Of a stretch of 64,000 nucleotides of DNA, positions 28,526 to 40,296 are shown piece after piece. Under the pieces are notes generated by a model. The model was not told where the DNA came from. It ran no database searches and saw nothing but the letters and a program-made list of their open reading frames with translations. Both the position numbers and the translations under genes were made by a program. Every line of letters starts with the position of its first letter. Positions within the stretch are counted from its first letter, which is position 1. This stretch comes from a bacterium. Lineage in GTDB: Bacteria > UBA8248. Location: assembly GCA_963692865.2 (NCBI GenBank), contig OY843592.1:2816001-2880000 (forward strand), in the 5' to 3' direction.

Positions 28526-28826
28526 AGGACGCAATTGCATCAGCAGCAAAGTCAGCACCTAAAACACTGTGAAGCGGAGAATCGTATCGCTGCATTGCTC
28601 GATAGTTGGAACTTCGGCGATGCTCTTGATACGTACGGCTGTTGCGAGCGAACGACCGATTTGCCCCCGCAACGGCCGCTCACTGCACGACCATCGTCGT
28701 TTGCAGTACTTACAGAGCAGTTGCGAATGTGCGCCGCTGCCCGCGAGGTAAGGCCGATGCCTGCGGCGCATTCACCGCCCCGGCGCGTTATTTCTCGCTC
28801 CCCCCTAAGCAACCCGCTACTCCACT

Positions 28827-29026
28827 TCACCCTGAGTAACGGTCCCTGGACTTCATTCGGGGCAGGGACCGCCATCCCCCAACCTTCCTCACCTCGAGCA
28901 GCCGCCGAAGGCGTTGAATCGAAGGGCGAAATTCGCGCCCGCCAGAGAGATGTACCCCCATCCTTCGATACAGCGCTTACGCGCCAACTCAGGATGAGGG
29001 TTCGGGGCGCTTGATCAGGATGAGGG
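28827..29026. repeat. About 200-bp repeat (CCTGAG...TCGAAGG family), direct copy of 24875-25075
   Basis: About 80% identity by manual alignment; internal inverted arms ATCGAAGG/CCTTCGAT and CCTGAG/CTCAGG. Confidence 0.85.
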
Positions 29027-29104
29027 GGAACCCGTAGTGACAGCTCCTCCTCGGAACTGTCCCACAGGTCCGCGCTCTTTTTCTCATCGACCGAGATAAA
29101 CCAC

Positions 29105-29321
29105 CGTCATTCCGGCGAAAGCCGGAATCCATTTTATGATTTTTGCTTTCGTTTTCGTATTTGATCCCGACTCGCGCGAGGGAGCGCCGCGCCCGAGTCC
29201 GGAACGGATGAGGCGGATATATACGGCGATGTCCGTATCTTCCCCGGCCGGGAGCGAGGACGCCCGGGCGAAGGGCCGAAGACAAAGGCGAAAATGGATT
29301 CCGGCTTTCGCCGGAATGACG
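29105..29321. repeat. CGTC-type REP doublet downstream of katG
   Basis: CGTCATTCCGGCGAAAGCCGGAATCCA (29105-29131) and its reverse complement (29295-29321). Confidence 0.9.
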
Positions 29322-29376
29322 ATGATCTACGGGTCGAGGAGGCGCTCAGCTCCGCGCCCGTCCACTCCCCCCTTCT

Positions 29377-31569
<2,193 letters not shown>

Positions 31570-31810
31570 GTTCCCTCCGGTCGTTTGCGGTATGCTTTGC
31601 AGAAAATTCCATTCCGGGACGATTCTCGCTTGCGCTTCGCCCGGCGCTTCCCGGAGAACGGCGGGCAACTCTCAGGTAGCAGAGGAGAGGGTCGGCGTCA
31701 ATCCGGGGTCCGGCGCAGACTCGGCGCTCACGCATTTGCGTGCGGTTTCAGCCATGGCGAAGGCCCGGAAGCGTGGCGGAATACGCCCGCGAGCCGGTCC
31801 GTTCGGGCCG

Positions 31811-31927
31811 GGTCGAACCCTCCTTCCTCGATTGGCAGACGCTCTCTCCTCGCTCGCGCCTGATCACCCTCATCGGTCGGAATCGACCCTCGATTATCGC
31901 TCGGGTGAAACCCTCCCTTCCCGGTCG
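31811..31927. repeat. Copies of the GTCGAACCCTCC...CGGTCGGAATCGACC repeat unit
   Basis: Related units at 912-943, 11365-11422 (reverse) and 15979-16012. Confidence 0.55.
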
Positions 31928-31935
31928 CGTTTAAT

Positions 31936-31999
31936 CTGAAAATATGGATAAAATTGTATAAATTCACGACGTTTTTCGATAAATAACTGAAAATTATCT
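31936..31999. repeat. AT-rich phased element, copy 2
   Basis: 46 of 65 aligned positions identical to 1397-1461, including exact GTTTTTCGATAAAT. Confidence 0.55.
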
Positions 32000-32139
32000 T
32001 GGCTCGCCGGCCTTGGCGCACTACGCCGCCAAATGAATAGTCTAGCCCCTCCCGCCCGCATCGCGCGCCTCGCAAATAACAGAAAAACAGGGCAAATGCG
32101 GGGAAATGCGCTTTTTCCCGCCGAGACGCCCGGCTCGTC

Positions 32140-32168
32140 TTGACACCCGGGGGCCGTGTTGGTAGGTT
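32140..32168 (+). promoter_or_regulatory. Putative sigma70 promoter of the atp F0 operon
   Basis: TTGACA-N17-TAGGTT with TGn extension. Confidence 0.5.
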
Positions 32169-32219
32169 CGCGCCCGTAAATTTCGTTGCCGCAACTTCTC
32201 GCCTGGGGGATAGCAGGGA

Positions 32220-32483
32220 ATGGCCTCCGATCCTTCTCCAGAGCCGAGTCGCGGACCAGGAGCGAAGAAAACGACCAAGGCGCGGGACAAGAAAATTCGC
32301 AGGGGCGTGCGAAACGTGCATCTCGCGGCCTTGGGCTGGAATTTCGTGACGGCGCCGCTCGTGGGCGGCGGAATCGGGTATGTGATTGATTCCTATGCCG
32401 ATACTTATCCGTGGGCGATGATTGTCGGATTGATTTTGGGCTTCGTTTCCGCCTTTATCGATCTGATCAGAGGGGTCCGCTGA
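32220..32483 (+). CDS. ATP synthase accessory protein (AtpZ/AtpQ-like, 2 TM)
   Basis: GGGIGYVIDSYADTYPWAMIVGLILG; first gene of the F0 cluster. Confidence 0.8.
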   Translation: MASDPSPEPSRGPGAKKTTKARDKKIRRGVRNVHLAALGWNFVTAPLVGGGIGYVIDSYADTYPWAMIVGLILGFVSAFIDLIRGVR

Positions 32484-32879
32484 ATGCGAAACCAGGAGCC
32501 TCCGGCGCTCGCCCTCAGGAGCATCTCGAATTTCGGCTGGCTGATTCTGGCGATCATGAGCGCCGCGGGCGTGATTCTGAGGGACGTTTCGACGGGCGCC
32601 GGCGTGGCGGTCGGCGGAGCGTGCGCGCTTGGAAGTTTCCGGATGATGGATGTATACTTCGCCCGCATTTTTCGGAAAGACATCAGCCGCCCCAAATGGT
32701 GGCACCACGTTTTATACGTTTTGAGGTTTTTCGCCCTCATGGGCGTCGCAGCGCTCGCGATAGGCTGGATTCGGCTCCCCGTCGTGAGCGTGGTGATAGG
32801 GTTGACCATTCCGCCGTTGGCCATATTCATTCACGGGGCCCGCAGCGCCCTGCGAATACAAGGATCGACAAGAGCATAA
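32484..32879 (+). CDS. atpI: ATP synthase protein I
   Basis: 4 TM, LRF motif, directly upstream of atpB. Confidence 0.75.
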   Translation: MRNQEPPALALRSISNFGWLILAIMSAAGVILRDVSTGAGVAVGGACALGSFRMMDVYFARIFRKDISRPKWWHHVLYVLRFFALMGVAALAIGWIRLPVVSVVIGLTIPPLAIFIHGARSALRIQGSTRA

Positions 32880-32882
32880 CAA

Positions 32883-33599
32883 ATGGAAAAATTTCACCCG
32901 TTCCTGTATTTCGACATCCCGGCGCTGTCCGCCTATCCGAACATCGTCTACAGCTGGCTGGTGATGGCGTTCCTCATCGTGAGTTCGCTGCTCATCACGA
33001 AGGCCCTGCAAAAGATACCCGTCGGCGGACAGAACCTGTTCGAGGCGATTTTCGACGGGTTTTCCGCCTTCATGGAAGGCCCCCTCGGCGATGAGGGGCG
33101 ACCCTTCTTCCCCCTCGTATTCACGCTGGGAACCTACATTTTCCTGTGCAACGTCATCGGAATCCTGCCGGGCTTCATGGCGCCGACGAGCAACCTGAAC
33201 ACCAACGTGGGGTGTGCGCTGACGGTATTTTTCGCCACGCACTACGTGGGGTTCAAAAGAAGCGGGGTGGCGTATCTCAAGCATTTCACGGGACCCATCA
33301 TGTGGCTGGCTCCGCTCATGATTCCCATCGAGATCATCTCCCACCTCAGCCGGCCTCTCTCACTCACTTTGCGCCTTTTCGGGAACATCACGGGCGAGGA
33401 ATTGGTGCTCGGCGTTCTGATGCTGCTGTGCCTGCAGATTTTCCTGCCCGTTCCCTGGGCGATGCAGATGTTCGTGATTTTCGGAAGTTTCATTCAGGCC
33501 TTTGTTTTCACCCTCCTGACCATGATATATATCGCCGGGTCTCTTGAAGGGCACGACCACGACGAAGAACATGGTCATGAGGCCGCCCACGCTCATTAA
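32883..33599 (+). CDS. atpB: F0 subunit a (His-rich C-terminal tail)
   Basis: SRPLSLTLRLFGNI, IQAFVFTLL. Confidence 0.97.
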   Translation: MEKFHPFLYFDIPALSAYPNIVYSWLVMAFLIVSSLLITKALQKIPVGGQNLFEAIFDGFSAFMEGPLGDEGRPFFPLVFTLGTYIFLCNVIGILPGFMAPTSNLNTNVGCALTVFFATHYVGFKRSGVAYLKHFTGPIMWLAPLMIPIEIISHLSRPLSLTLRLFGNITGEELVLGVLMLLCLQIFLPVPWAMQMFVIFGSFIQAFVFTLLTMIYIAGSLEGHDHDEEHGHEAAHAH

Positions 33600-33645
33600 C
33601 GATAACGGTCCATGTAGGAATCACTTCAACAAGGAGAAGTAAGGG

Positions 33646-33963
33646 ATGAAACGTTTGGGGATAATCGGATTCACGTTAGCCAGCTTCGCAGCCATGGCCA
33701 CCAATGCTTTCGCCGCCGCAGCCGGCGACGCCGGAAGTGGTGAAGTTCTGAAATGGAGAGTTATCTCCTCCTCGTTCGCTTTGGCCATCGCCGCCGCAGC
33801 CGGCGCTTTCGCCCAGAGCAGGAGCATCTCCAGCGCGCTGGACGGCACGGCGCGCAACCCGGGAGCGGGCGGAGATCTTCGCGTGTCGATGATCATCGGT
33901 CTCGCCTTGATCGAGTCCCTTGTCATTTATACGTTCGTTATCTGCCTCATTATCATCCTCTGA
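33646..33963 (+). CDS. atpE: F0 subunit c with N-terminal signal-like extension
   Basis: ARNP loop, GLALIESLVIY with essential Glu. Confidence 0.95.
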   Translation: MKRLGIIGFTLASFAAMATNAFAAAAGDAGSGEVLKWRVISSSFALAIAAAAGAFAQSRSISSALDGTARNPGAGGDLRVSMIIGLALIESLVIYTFVICLIIIL

Positions 33964-33993
33964 GGCTGGGTAAGCCGGTACCCGCAATTCTTC

Positions 33994-34022
33994 AAAGGGG
34001 GAGCCGAGAGGTTCCCCCTTTT
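33994..34022 (+). terminator. Rho-independent terminator after atpE
   Basis: AAAGGGGGAGCC-GAGA-GGTTCCCCCTTTT. Confidence 0.7.
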
Positions 34023-34224
34023 CGCGTTGCTCGACGACAATTGTATGGATGCAAGCTTACGGGAAATCCTTTTGGCGTAAGGGTTGATATCTCTTCTTTT
34101 TCGTGGCCGGCGAATCCCCACTTGCCCTGCTCATCAAAACGCATAGAATCTAACCTCGTTCGAGAGAAGTCTTACTCTGCGGGAGTCTCTCTCTACCTCG
34201 AAATTGCGGGCGCGCATAAAGTCG

Positions 34225-34866
34225 ATGTGGGAAAACACGAAAGCAAAAATTCCAGAGGCCACCGTCAACCGGTTGTCCACGTACGCCCGCATACTGGAGC
34301 AGGCGCAATACGAGGGGGCGGAACTCATCGCGTCTGCAGATTTGGCTGAGCGCTGCGGCTTCAAGCCCGCGCAAATCAGGAAAGACCTCGCATATTTCGG
34401 TGAATTCGGCGTCCGCGGGAAGGGCTATTACATCAAGGAATTGAGATACAACCTAAAGAAAATCCTGGGCGTGACGCAAACATGGAGAGTCGTGCTCGTC
34501 GGAGCGGGAAATCTCGGCTCGGCTCTATTGGCGTATAAAGGGTTTCTGGCCCATGGCTTTGAAATCGACGCGGTCTTCGACAAATTCCCCGAAAAAATAC
34601 CCCCTCACCGCACAGGTTCTCTCCCCGTGTTGCCGATGTCGGATTTGCATGAGGTCGTGCAGGAAAAACAGATCAAGATAGGCATCATCGCAGTGCCGAG
34701 CGAAAGCGCGCAAAACGTAGGGACGGCGCTCGTAAGCGCCGGCATCACCGGCATATTGAATTTCGCGCCCACCCAAATTCAAACGCCGCGCCATGTAAAG
34801 GTGAAAAACGTGGATTTGGGCAGTGAGCTGGAGCATCTCTCATTCTATCTCTCCCAAAACCCTTGA
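34225..34866 (+). CDS. rex: Redox-sensing transcriptional repressor Rex
   Basis: IPEATVNRL, QIRKDLAYFGEFGVRGKGY, GAGNLG, ILNFAP. Confidence 0.96.
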   Translation: MWENTKAKIPEATVNRLSTYARILEQAQYEGAELIASADLAERCGFKPAQIRKDLAYFGEFGVRGKGYYIKELRYNLKKILGVTQTWRVVLVGAGNLGSALLAYKGFLAHGFEIDAVFDKFPEKIPPHRTGSLPVLPMSDLHEVVQEKQIKIGIIAVPSESAQNVGTALVSAGITGILNFAPTQIQTPRHVKVKNVDLGSELEHLSFYLSQNP

Positions 34867-34882
34867 GGGGACTCGCACCTAC

Positions 34883-35626
34883 ATGGATGAACCCCGCTAT
34901 ATCCTGGCCTTTGATACTTCGACCCCGAAAGGAAAGTGCTCTCTGCTTTGCTCAACGGGAGCCACCGAGGAAGAGGCGCTTCTTTCGGAAGAAATCCGAA
35001 TTTCCAAGGTGCTCTTGCCGCAAGTGGAGCAAATTCTAAGTTCAAAGAACATTCGCGGCGATATGATCCAGGCCATCGGGGTAAGTACCGGCCCGGGGAC
35101 GTTCACCGGACTGCGTGTGGGACTCGCTTGCGCAAAAGGACTTTCATTCGGCTGGGGCTGTCCGCTGTATGGATTTTCATCACTGGAAATCATGGCGATG
35201 GCCGCTCTGTTGAATGAAATGCGCGCGGGCCGCAGCCTGCCCGACTACATTTTCCCCTACCGAGACGCCAGATATGGAGAATTGTTCACAGCGTTGTTTC
35301 AAGTATCCGGAAACCCGGAATCATCGACGGGAAACGCCCTCGCCCGTGTCCGGGAGGATGAAATCATCGCCCCAGAGGAGTTCCGCCCCCCGGGAGATGG
35401 CGACACCCTGCTCGCAGGGGAAAATGAGGGATTGCCCAATCGCTTTGCTTTAGAAGCTTCACAAGGATCGATCAGACGCCATGAAGTGGATTCCTCGGCC
35501 GCTGCGACCGCATGGCTGACCCAAAGGGCGCTACAGAGCCAGACGCCTCCGCACAGCCCCAACATATCGTTGAATTATTGCCGAAAATCACAGGCGCAAA
35601 CCAAATGGCCCGATCCGCAGGGTTGA
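34883..35626 (+). CDS. tsaB: tRNA t6A biosynthesis protein TsaB
   Basis: ILAFDTST, GPGTFTGLRVG, DARYGE. Confidence 0.88.
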   Translation: MDEPRYILAFDTSTPKGKCSLLCSTGATEEEALLSEEIRISKVLLPQVEQILSSKNIRGDMIQAIGVSTGPGTFTGLRVGLACAKGLSFGWGCPLYGFSSLEIMAMAALLNEMRAGRSLPDYIFPYRDARYGELFTALFQVSGNPESSTGNALARVREDEIIAPEEFRPPGDGDTLLAGENEGLPNRFALEASQGSIRRHEVDSSAAATAWLTQRALQSQTPPHSPNISLNYCRKSQAQTKWPDPQG

Positions 35627-35732
35627 TCCCAAAGTCAACATTTCGTAAATTAAACGATTATTTTCCGGCACGATTACAACAACGAATGGGAACCTGAAAT
35701 TTCACCATGGATACCTGGAAGGAGATTTTTCA

Positions 35733-35939
35733 TTGGAAGCAACTGAAAAAGTGGAAGAAACCTTGAATGTAGACGATTCACTCGCACACCTGAAAAAAGA
35801 ACATGCCGTTTTGGATGAAAAGATTCTCGCTCTTGAAAATATACGATTCCCGTCCCCGGAAGAACAGCAGCAGATAAAACGACTCAAAAAGGAAAAGCTC
35901 GCTATCAAGACACAACTGGAAACGATGGAAACGAATTGA
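35733..35939 (+). CDS. DUF465/YdcH-family small coiled-coil protein
   Basis: LKKEHAVLDEKI...LKKEKLAIK. Confidence 0.8.
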   Translation: MEATEKVEETLNVDDSLAHLKKEHAVLDEKILALENIRFPSPEEQQQIKRLKKEKLAIKTQLETMETN

Positions 35940-36004
35940 AAACCGGAATTTCCATCACTGAAATATGCTAGAACCTTGAAACAAAAGATTTTACGTTTTC
36001 ATCC

Positions 36005-36224
36005 TTGACCAGAACGAAAAACATGCAGTAATATCACGCGTCGTGTATTCGAGATATTAGGACAAAACATTTACCCGAGCATTTCCCAAGACGTATTCTG
36101 GGTTTTGGCGCACGAATCAGAATGGAAGACGGCCATATGGGTCCGAAAAAGATGTTGTGGAATAAGGAGTCTGGCGTAAGAAGGGGGCGGTGTGCCCTCG
36201 TGCGCCGTCCCCTGATTTCTTCTT
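36005..36224 (+). promoter_or_regulatory. Putative ilv promoter and long leader with hairpin
   Basis: TTGACC-N18-TAATAT (36005-36034); 14-bp stem with G-U pairs 36182-36213 followed by GATTTCTTCTT. Confidence 0.4.
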
Positions 36225-36304
36225 AACGACCCGCCGGCATCATCGGCGTTTTTCGGATCAACTTCATTGCCAGCATGAGAAAAAATTCAACTGGCTGAGA
36301 GGAA

Positions 36305-38089
36305 ATGGCCGTGGCGACCAAGGCGAGAAGCCAAACTACAAGACAACCTACAAAACTGACGCCGAAGAAAATCTCAGGGGCCGAGATTATCTACCGCAGC
36401 CTTGAGCGCGAGGGTGTGAAGTACGTTTTCGGGCATCCGGGCGCTATACTCCTTACGCTCCTGGATCTGTTCCTCGAAAGAAGCAAAATCAAGCATTTGC
36501 TCATTCGGCACGAACAGTGCGCCGCGCACATGGCCGAGGGATATGCCCGCGCCAGCGGCAAGGTCGGCGTATGTCTTACCACCTCCGGTCCTGGCGCCAC
36601 GAATCTCATCACGGGCATCACGGATGCCTACATGGATTCCATTCCCATCGTATGCCTCACTGGACAAGTCGCCACCACGATGGTGGGCAACGACGCCTTC
36701 CAGGAAGCCGACATCGTGGGCATGACCAGAACCGTCACCAAGCACAGCTACCTGGTGAAGAGCACGGATGATCTCGCCGAAACGATTCAGGAGGCTTTCT
36801 ACATCGCACGCACGGGAAGACCCGGTCCGGTCCTCGTTGATTTGCCCAAGGACGTCCTCCTCGGCGACGGTCCCTACCAGATTCCAGAAAAAGTGGATCT
36901 GCGCGGCTACAAGCCCACGACCAAAGGTCATCCCAGGCAAATCAAGCGCGTGGCTGAAACCATCAAAGAATCCAAACAGCCCCTCCTATACGTGGGTGGA
37001 GGCGCCATTCATGCCGAAGCGCATTCGGAGATCCTGAAACTCGCGGAAACGGCGGAGATTCCGGTCACTTATACGCTCTTGGGAGCAGGTGCTTTCCCAA
37101 GCGCCCATGAACTCTCATTGGGCATGCTCGGCATGCACGGGACGGCATACGCCAACTATGCGACCATGGAGTGTGATTTGCTCATCGCCGTCGGCGCCAG
37201 GTTTGACGATCGCGTTACGGGCAAGGTCTCGGAATTCGCAACCAGGGCGAAAATCATCCATATCGATATTGACCCCACGGCTATCGGAAAGAACAAGGCT
37301 GCGGATGTCCCGGTCGTCGGCGATGCGCGTCAAGTGCTCGCCGAGGTGAACAAACTCGTCAAGCCTCAAAAACGCGCTTTGTGGAAAAAGCGTATCCAGA
37401 ACCTGAGAGCGGAATATCCGCTTTCGTTCGACTCCCCCGAGGGTGCGCCGATCAAGCCTCAAGAGGCCATCGTCGCCTTGAGTGAGGAGGTGGGCGATAA
37501 GGCGATCATCACCACCGAGGTCGGACAACACCAGATGTGGGCCGCTCAATTTTATAATTTCACCTTCCCGCGCCAGTTCATCTCATCCGGCGGACTCGGC
37601 ACCATGGGTTTCGGCTTTCCCGCGGCCATCGGCGTGGCGCTTGCGAGGCCGGATAAGCTGGCCATCGACATTGCGGGAGACGGCAGTTTTCAGATGGTAA
37701 TGCAGGAAGTCGCTACTGCCGTTCAGTATGGCATTCCCGTAAAAGTCTTTTTGCTGAATAACGCTACACTGGGCATGGTTCGTCAATGGCAAGATTTGTT
37801 CATGGACAGGCGATTCAGCGAGGTGGATTTCGACTCTTCGCCTGATTACGTCAAACTCGCAGAGGCATTCGGCGCCAGCGGGCGACGGATTGTGGACAAA
37901 GAAGAGTTGAGGCCCGCCATCCAGGAAATGATCACCACGCCGGGCCCCTACATCCTGGACGTGATCGTCGACCCCGATGAGTTGGTTTTCCCGATGGTGC
38001 CCGCAGGCAGCGCGACTAAAGACATGATTGTTCGGGACAGTCGGAAAAAAGTCCTTCGAGGCAAGCTCAGCGCACTACCCGATAACTAG
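36305..38089 (+). CDS. ilvB: Acetolactate synthase large subunit, copy 1
   Basis: RHEQ, TSGPGATN, RFDDRVTG, GDGSFQM, LGMVRQWQ. Confidence 0.93.
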   Translation: MAVATKARSQTTRQPTKLTPKKISGAEIIYRSLEREGVKYVFGHPGAILLTLLDLFLERSKIKHLLIRHEQCAAHMAEGYARASGKVGVCLTTSGPGATNLITGITDAYMDSIPIVCLTGQVATTMVGNDAFQEADIVGMTRTVTKHSYLVKSTDDLAETIQEAFYIARTGRPGPVLVDLPKDVLLGDGPYQIPEKVDLRGYKPTTKGHPRQIKRVAETIKESKQPLLYVGGGAIHAEAHSEILKLAETAEIPVTYTLLGAGAFPSAHELSLGMLGMHGTAYANYATMECDLLIAVGARFDDRVTGKVSEFATRAKIIHIDIDPTAIGKNKAADVPVVGDARQVLAEVNKLVKPQKRALWKKRIQNLRAEYPLSFDSPEGAPIKPQEAIVALSEEVGDKAIITTEVGQHQMWAAQFYNFTFPRQFISSGGLGTMGFGFPAAIGVALARPDKLAIDIAGDGSFQMVMQEVATAVQYGIPVKVFLLNNATLGMVRQWQDLFMDRRFSEVDFDSSPDYVKLAEAFGASGRRIVDKEELRPAIQEMITTPGPYILDVIVDPDELVFPMVPAGSATKDMIVRDSRKKVLRGKLSALPDN

Positions 38090-38101
38090 GAGGTTTCACC
38101 C

Positions 38102-39796
38102 GTGGAGCTCAATGGCTCGCAAATCATGATTGAAGAGTTGAAAGCGGCAGGCATCGAGATGGCTTTCGGCATACCAGGCGGCGCCATCATGCCGTTTTAC
38201 GATGAGCTGCTTAAGGCGGATTTCCCGCATATTCTTACCCGTCACGAGCAGGGAGCGGCTCACATGGCGGACGGGTACGCGCGCGTGAGCGGGAAAATCG
38301 CCATCGTCGTCACGACCTCCGGCCCCGGGGCAACAAACCTCATCACTGGACTAGCCAATGCGCAGATGGATTCCGTGCCGCTCATCGCCATCACGGGCCA
38401 AGTGGCCACCAACATGATCGGCACCGACGCTTTTCAGGAAGCCGACGTGTACGGCTGCTCCATTCCGGTCACGAAATTCAACTGGCTGATTAAAGACGTG
38501 AACGAAATTCAACATGTTACGCGGGAAGCGATTCGCGTGGCGACGACGGGTCGGCCGGGCCCCGTTCTGCTGGATTTTCCCAAGGACATTCAGATTACGA
38601 AGGCGGAGTACGCGCCGCAAGAATCCGTCGAATCCCCTCTTCCGGCTCCTCGGCAATATCCCGAACTCGATATTGAGGGAATCGACAAACTGCTTGAAGC
38701 CATCGAACGGGCCGAGCGGCCCGTCATCATCGGCGGCGCCGGCATCGTCAAATCCGGGGCGTCGGCAGAACTTGCGAAATTCGCAAAAGCAGCAGATATC
38801 CCGGTGATCAACACATTGTTGGGCCTCGGAGGATTCCCGGGCACGGACGAGCTTTTCCTCGGTATGCCGGGGATGCACGGCACGGCCTATGCGAACTTTG
38901 CTCTGTGTGAATGCGATTTACTCATCAACCTCGGCGCCCGTTTCGACGACCGCGTGACGGGCAAGGTGTCGAGTTTTTGCCCCAAGGCGACCATCGCGCA
39001 CGTCGACATCGACGACGCCGAGATCGATAAACGTGTGCACACGCATATTCCGATTCTCGGGAATGTGCGAGATGTGCTGATGACGCTCAATCAGCGTCTA
39101 AGGCCTGGAGATTACGATGAGTGGCGACAAACCTGGACGGATTGGAAGGCGAACTATCCCCTTCAATACGACTGGGACGGCTCTATCAAACCTCAGTACG
39201 TGATCGATCAGATCCAGGAAATTACCGATGGCAACGGCATTTATGTAACCGGCGTGGGGCAGCATCAAATGTGGGCGGCGCAGTTCATCCGCTTTAACGA
39301 ACCCAAGACCTGGGTGACTTCCGGCGGTCTCGGGACAATGGGTTTCGGCCTTCCCGCCGCCATCGGCGCGAAATTCGCCCAGCCAGAGAAAGATGTCTGG
39401 CTCATCGACGGCGACGGCAGTTTCGCGATGACGCTCGTCGAACTCGCTACGGCGGCGACATATAACGTCCCCGTGAAGGTCGCCATCCTAAACAATGCGT
39501 ACCTGGGAATGGTGCGTCAGTGGCAGGAACTGTTCTTTGAGAAGCGCTACTCGCACTCGCACTATCCAGAAAATCCCGATTTCGGCATGATTGCAGAGGG
39601 CTATGGCGTAAAGGGCATCAACATTACTGACGTGAACGAAGTACGGAATTCCCTTGAGACGGCGGTCGAGCACGATGGACCAGTGGTGTTGAATTTCCTT
39701 GTAAACAAGGAGGAAAACGTCTGGCCCATGGTTCCCGCCGGCGCCGGTAACGATGAGATGCAACTCGCTCCCCCCTCCAGGGAAGCCAAATCATGA
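38102..39796 (+). CDS. ilvB: Acetolactate synthase large subunit, copy 2
   Basis: FGIPGGAI, RHEQGA, RFDDRVTG, GDGSFAM, LGMVRQWQ. Confidence 0.95.
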   Translation: MELNGSQIMIEELKAAGIEMAFGIPGGAIMPFYDELLKADFPHILTRHEQGAAHMADGYARVSGKIAIVVTTSGPGATNLITGLANAQMDSVPLIAITGQVATNMIGTDAFQEADVYGCSIPVTKFNWLIKDVNEIQHVTREAIRVATTGRPGPVLLDFPKDIQITKAEYAPQESVESPLPAPRQYPELDIEGIDKLLEAIERAERPVIIGGAGIVKSGASAELAKFAKAADIPVINTLLGLGGFPGTDELFLGMPGMHGTAYANFALCECDLLINLGARFDDRVTGKVSSFCPKATIAHVDIDDAEIDKRVHTHIPILGNVRDVLMTLNQRLRPGDYDEWRQTWTDWKANYPLQYDWDGSIKPQYVIDQIQEITDGNGIYVTGVGQHQMWAAQFIRFNEPKTWVTSGGLGTMGFGLPAAIGAKFAQPEKDVWLIDGDGSFAMTLVELATAATYNVPVKVAILNNAYLGMVRQWQELFFEKRYSHSHYPENPDFGMIAEGYGVKGINITDVNEVRNSLETAVEHDGPVVLNFLVNKEENVWPMVPAGAGNDEMQLAPPSREAKS

Positions 39797-40296
39797 GACA
39801 AGTCTATTCCATTCTCGTCAACAACCACGCGGGCGTACTTTCCCATGTAGCGGGCCTCTTCACCCGACGTGGATACAACATCGAAAGCATAGCCGCCGGA
39901 CCGACGGAGGATGCCACAATTACGCGCATCGTTATCGTCGCCATCGGCGAGGAAAACGAACTCGACCAGATCGCCAAACAACTCCGCAAGCTCTACGACG
40001 TGCGGGAGGTCGATCAAATCTCCTATAACCAGGCCGTAACGCGCGAACTCGTTCTCGCGACAATCAAAGCGCCCCTTGATAGAAGAAGTGAAGTCATCCA
40101 ACTCGCCAACGCCTTCGGTGCTCAGGTAATTAACATGACCGACGATACCGTGACGCTCGAAGCGAGCGGCAACGATCATAAGGTCAGAACCCTCCTCAAG
40201 GCATTCGAAGGCTACGGAATTTCGCAGATGGCGCGCACGGGTATGATTTCGCTGCCCTACGACGGCATGCCCGAGGATTGGGAGCCCATTGCATAA
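39793..40296 (+). CDS. ilvN: Acetolactate synthase small subunit, copy 1
   Basis: NHAGVLSHVAGLFTRRGYNIES ACT domain; ARTG. Confidence 0.93.
   Translation: MRQVYSILVNNHAGVLSHVAGLFTRRGYNIESIAAGPTEDATITRIVIVAIGEENELDQIAKQLRKLYDVREVDQISYNQAVTRELVLATIKAPLDRRSEVIQLANAFGAQVINMTDDTVTLEASGNDHKVRTLLKAFEGYGISQMARTGMISLPYDGMPEDWEPIA

Noticed and set aside
28640-28745. CGAACGACCGATTTGCCCC...GCGAATGTGCGCCGCTGCCC after fic, resembling intergenic motifs of accessory gene arrays
   Set aside because: Single degenerate instance; cannot be supported without a search
658-29321. Recurrent palindromes as a CRISPR array or integron attC sites
   Set aside because: Copies are dispersed and paired in inverted orientation, with no regular repeat-spacer period, no cas genes and no integron integrase
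31767-31828. tRNA-like sequence (GGAAGCGTGGCGGAAT...GGGTCGAACCCTCCTTCC)
   Set aside because: No proper D loop, anticodon arm or CCA; the T-loop-like part belongs to the GTCGAACCCTC repeat family
31952-31969. Rex operator upstream of atp/katG
   Set aside because: Only the right half-site (TTCACGA) matches TTGTGAA-N4-TTCACAA
31600-32200. Replication origin at the strand switch with an AT-rich patch
   Set aside because: No DnaA boxes (TTATCCACA) seen and no dnaA/dnaN/parAB/gid genes nearby
32220-34866. F0-only atp cluster followed by rex as a novel system
   Set aside because: Split atp operons with rex beside atpE/atpB are known in Desulfovibrio-like bacteria; F1 genes are presumably elsewhere
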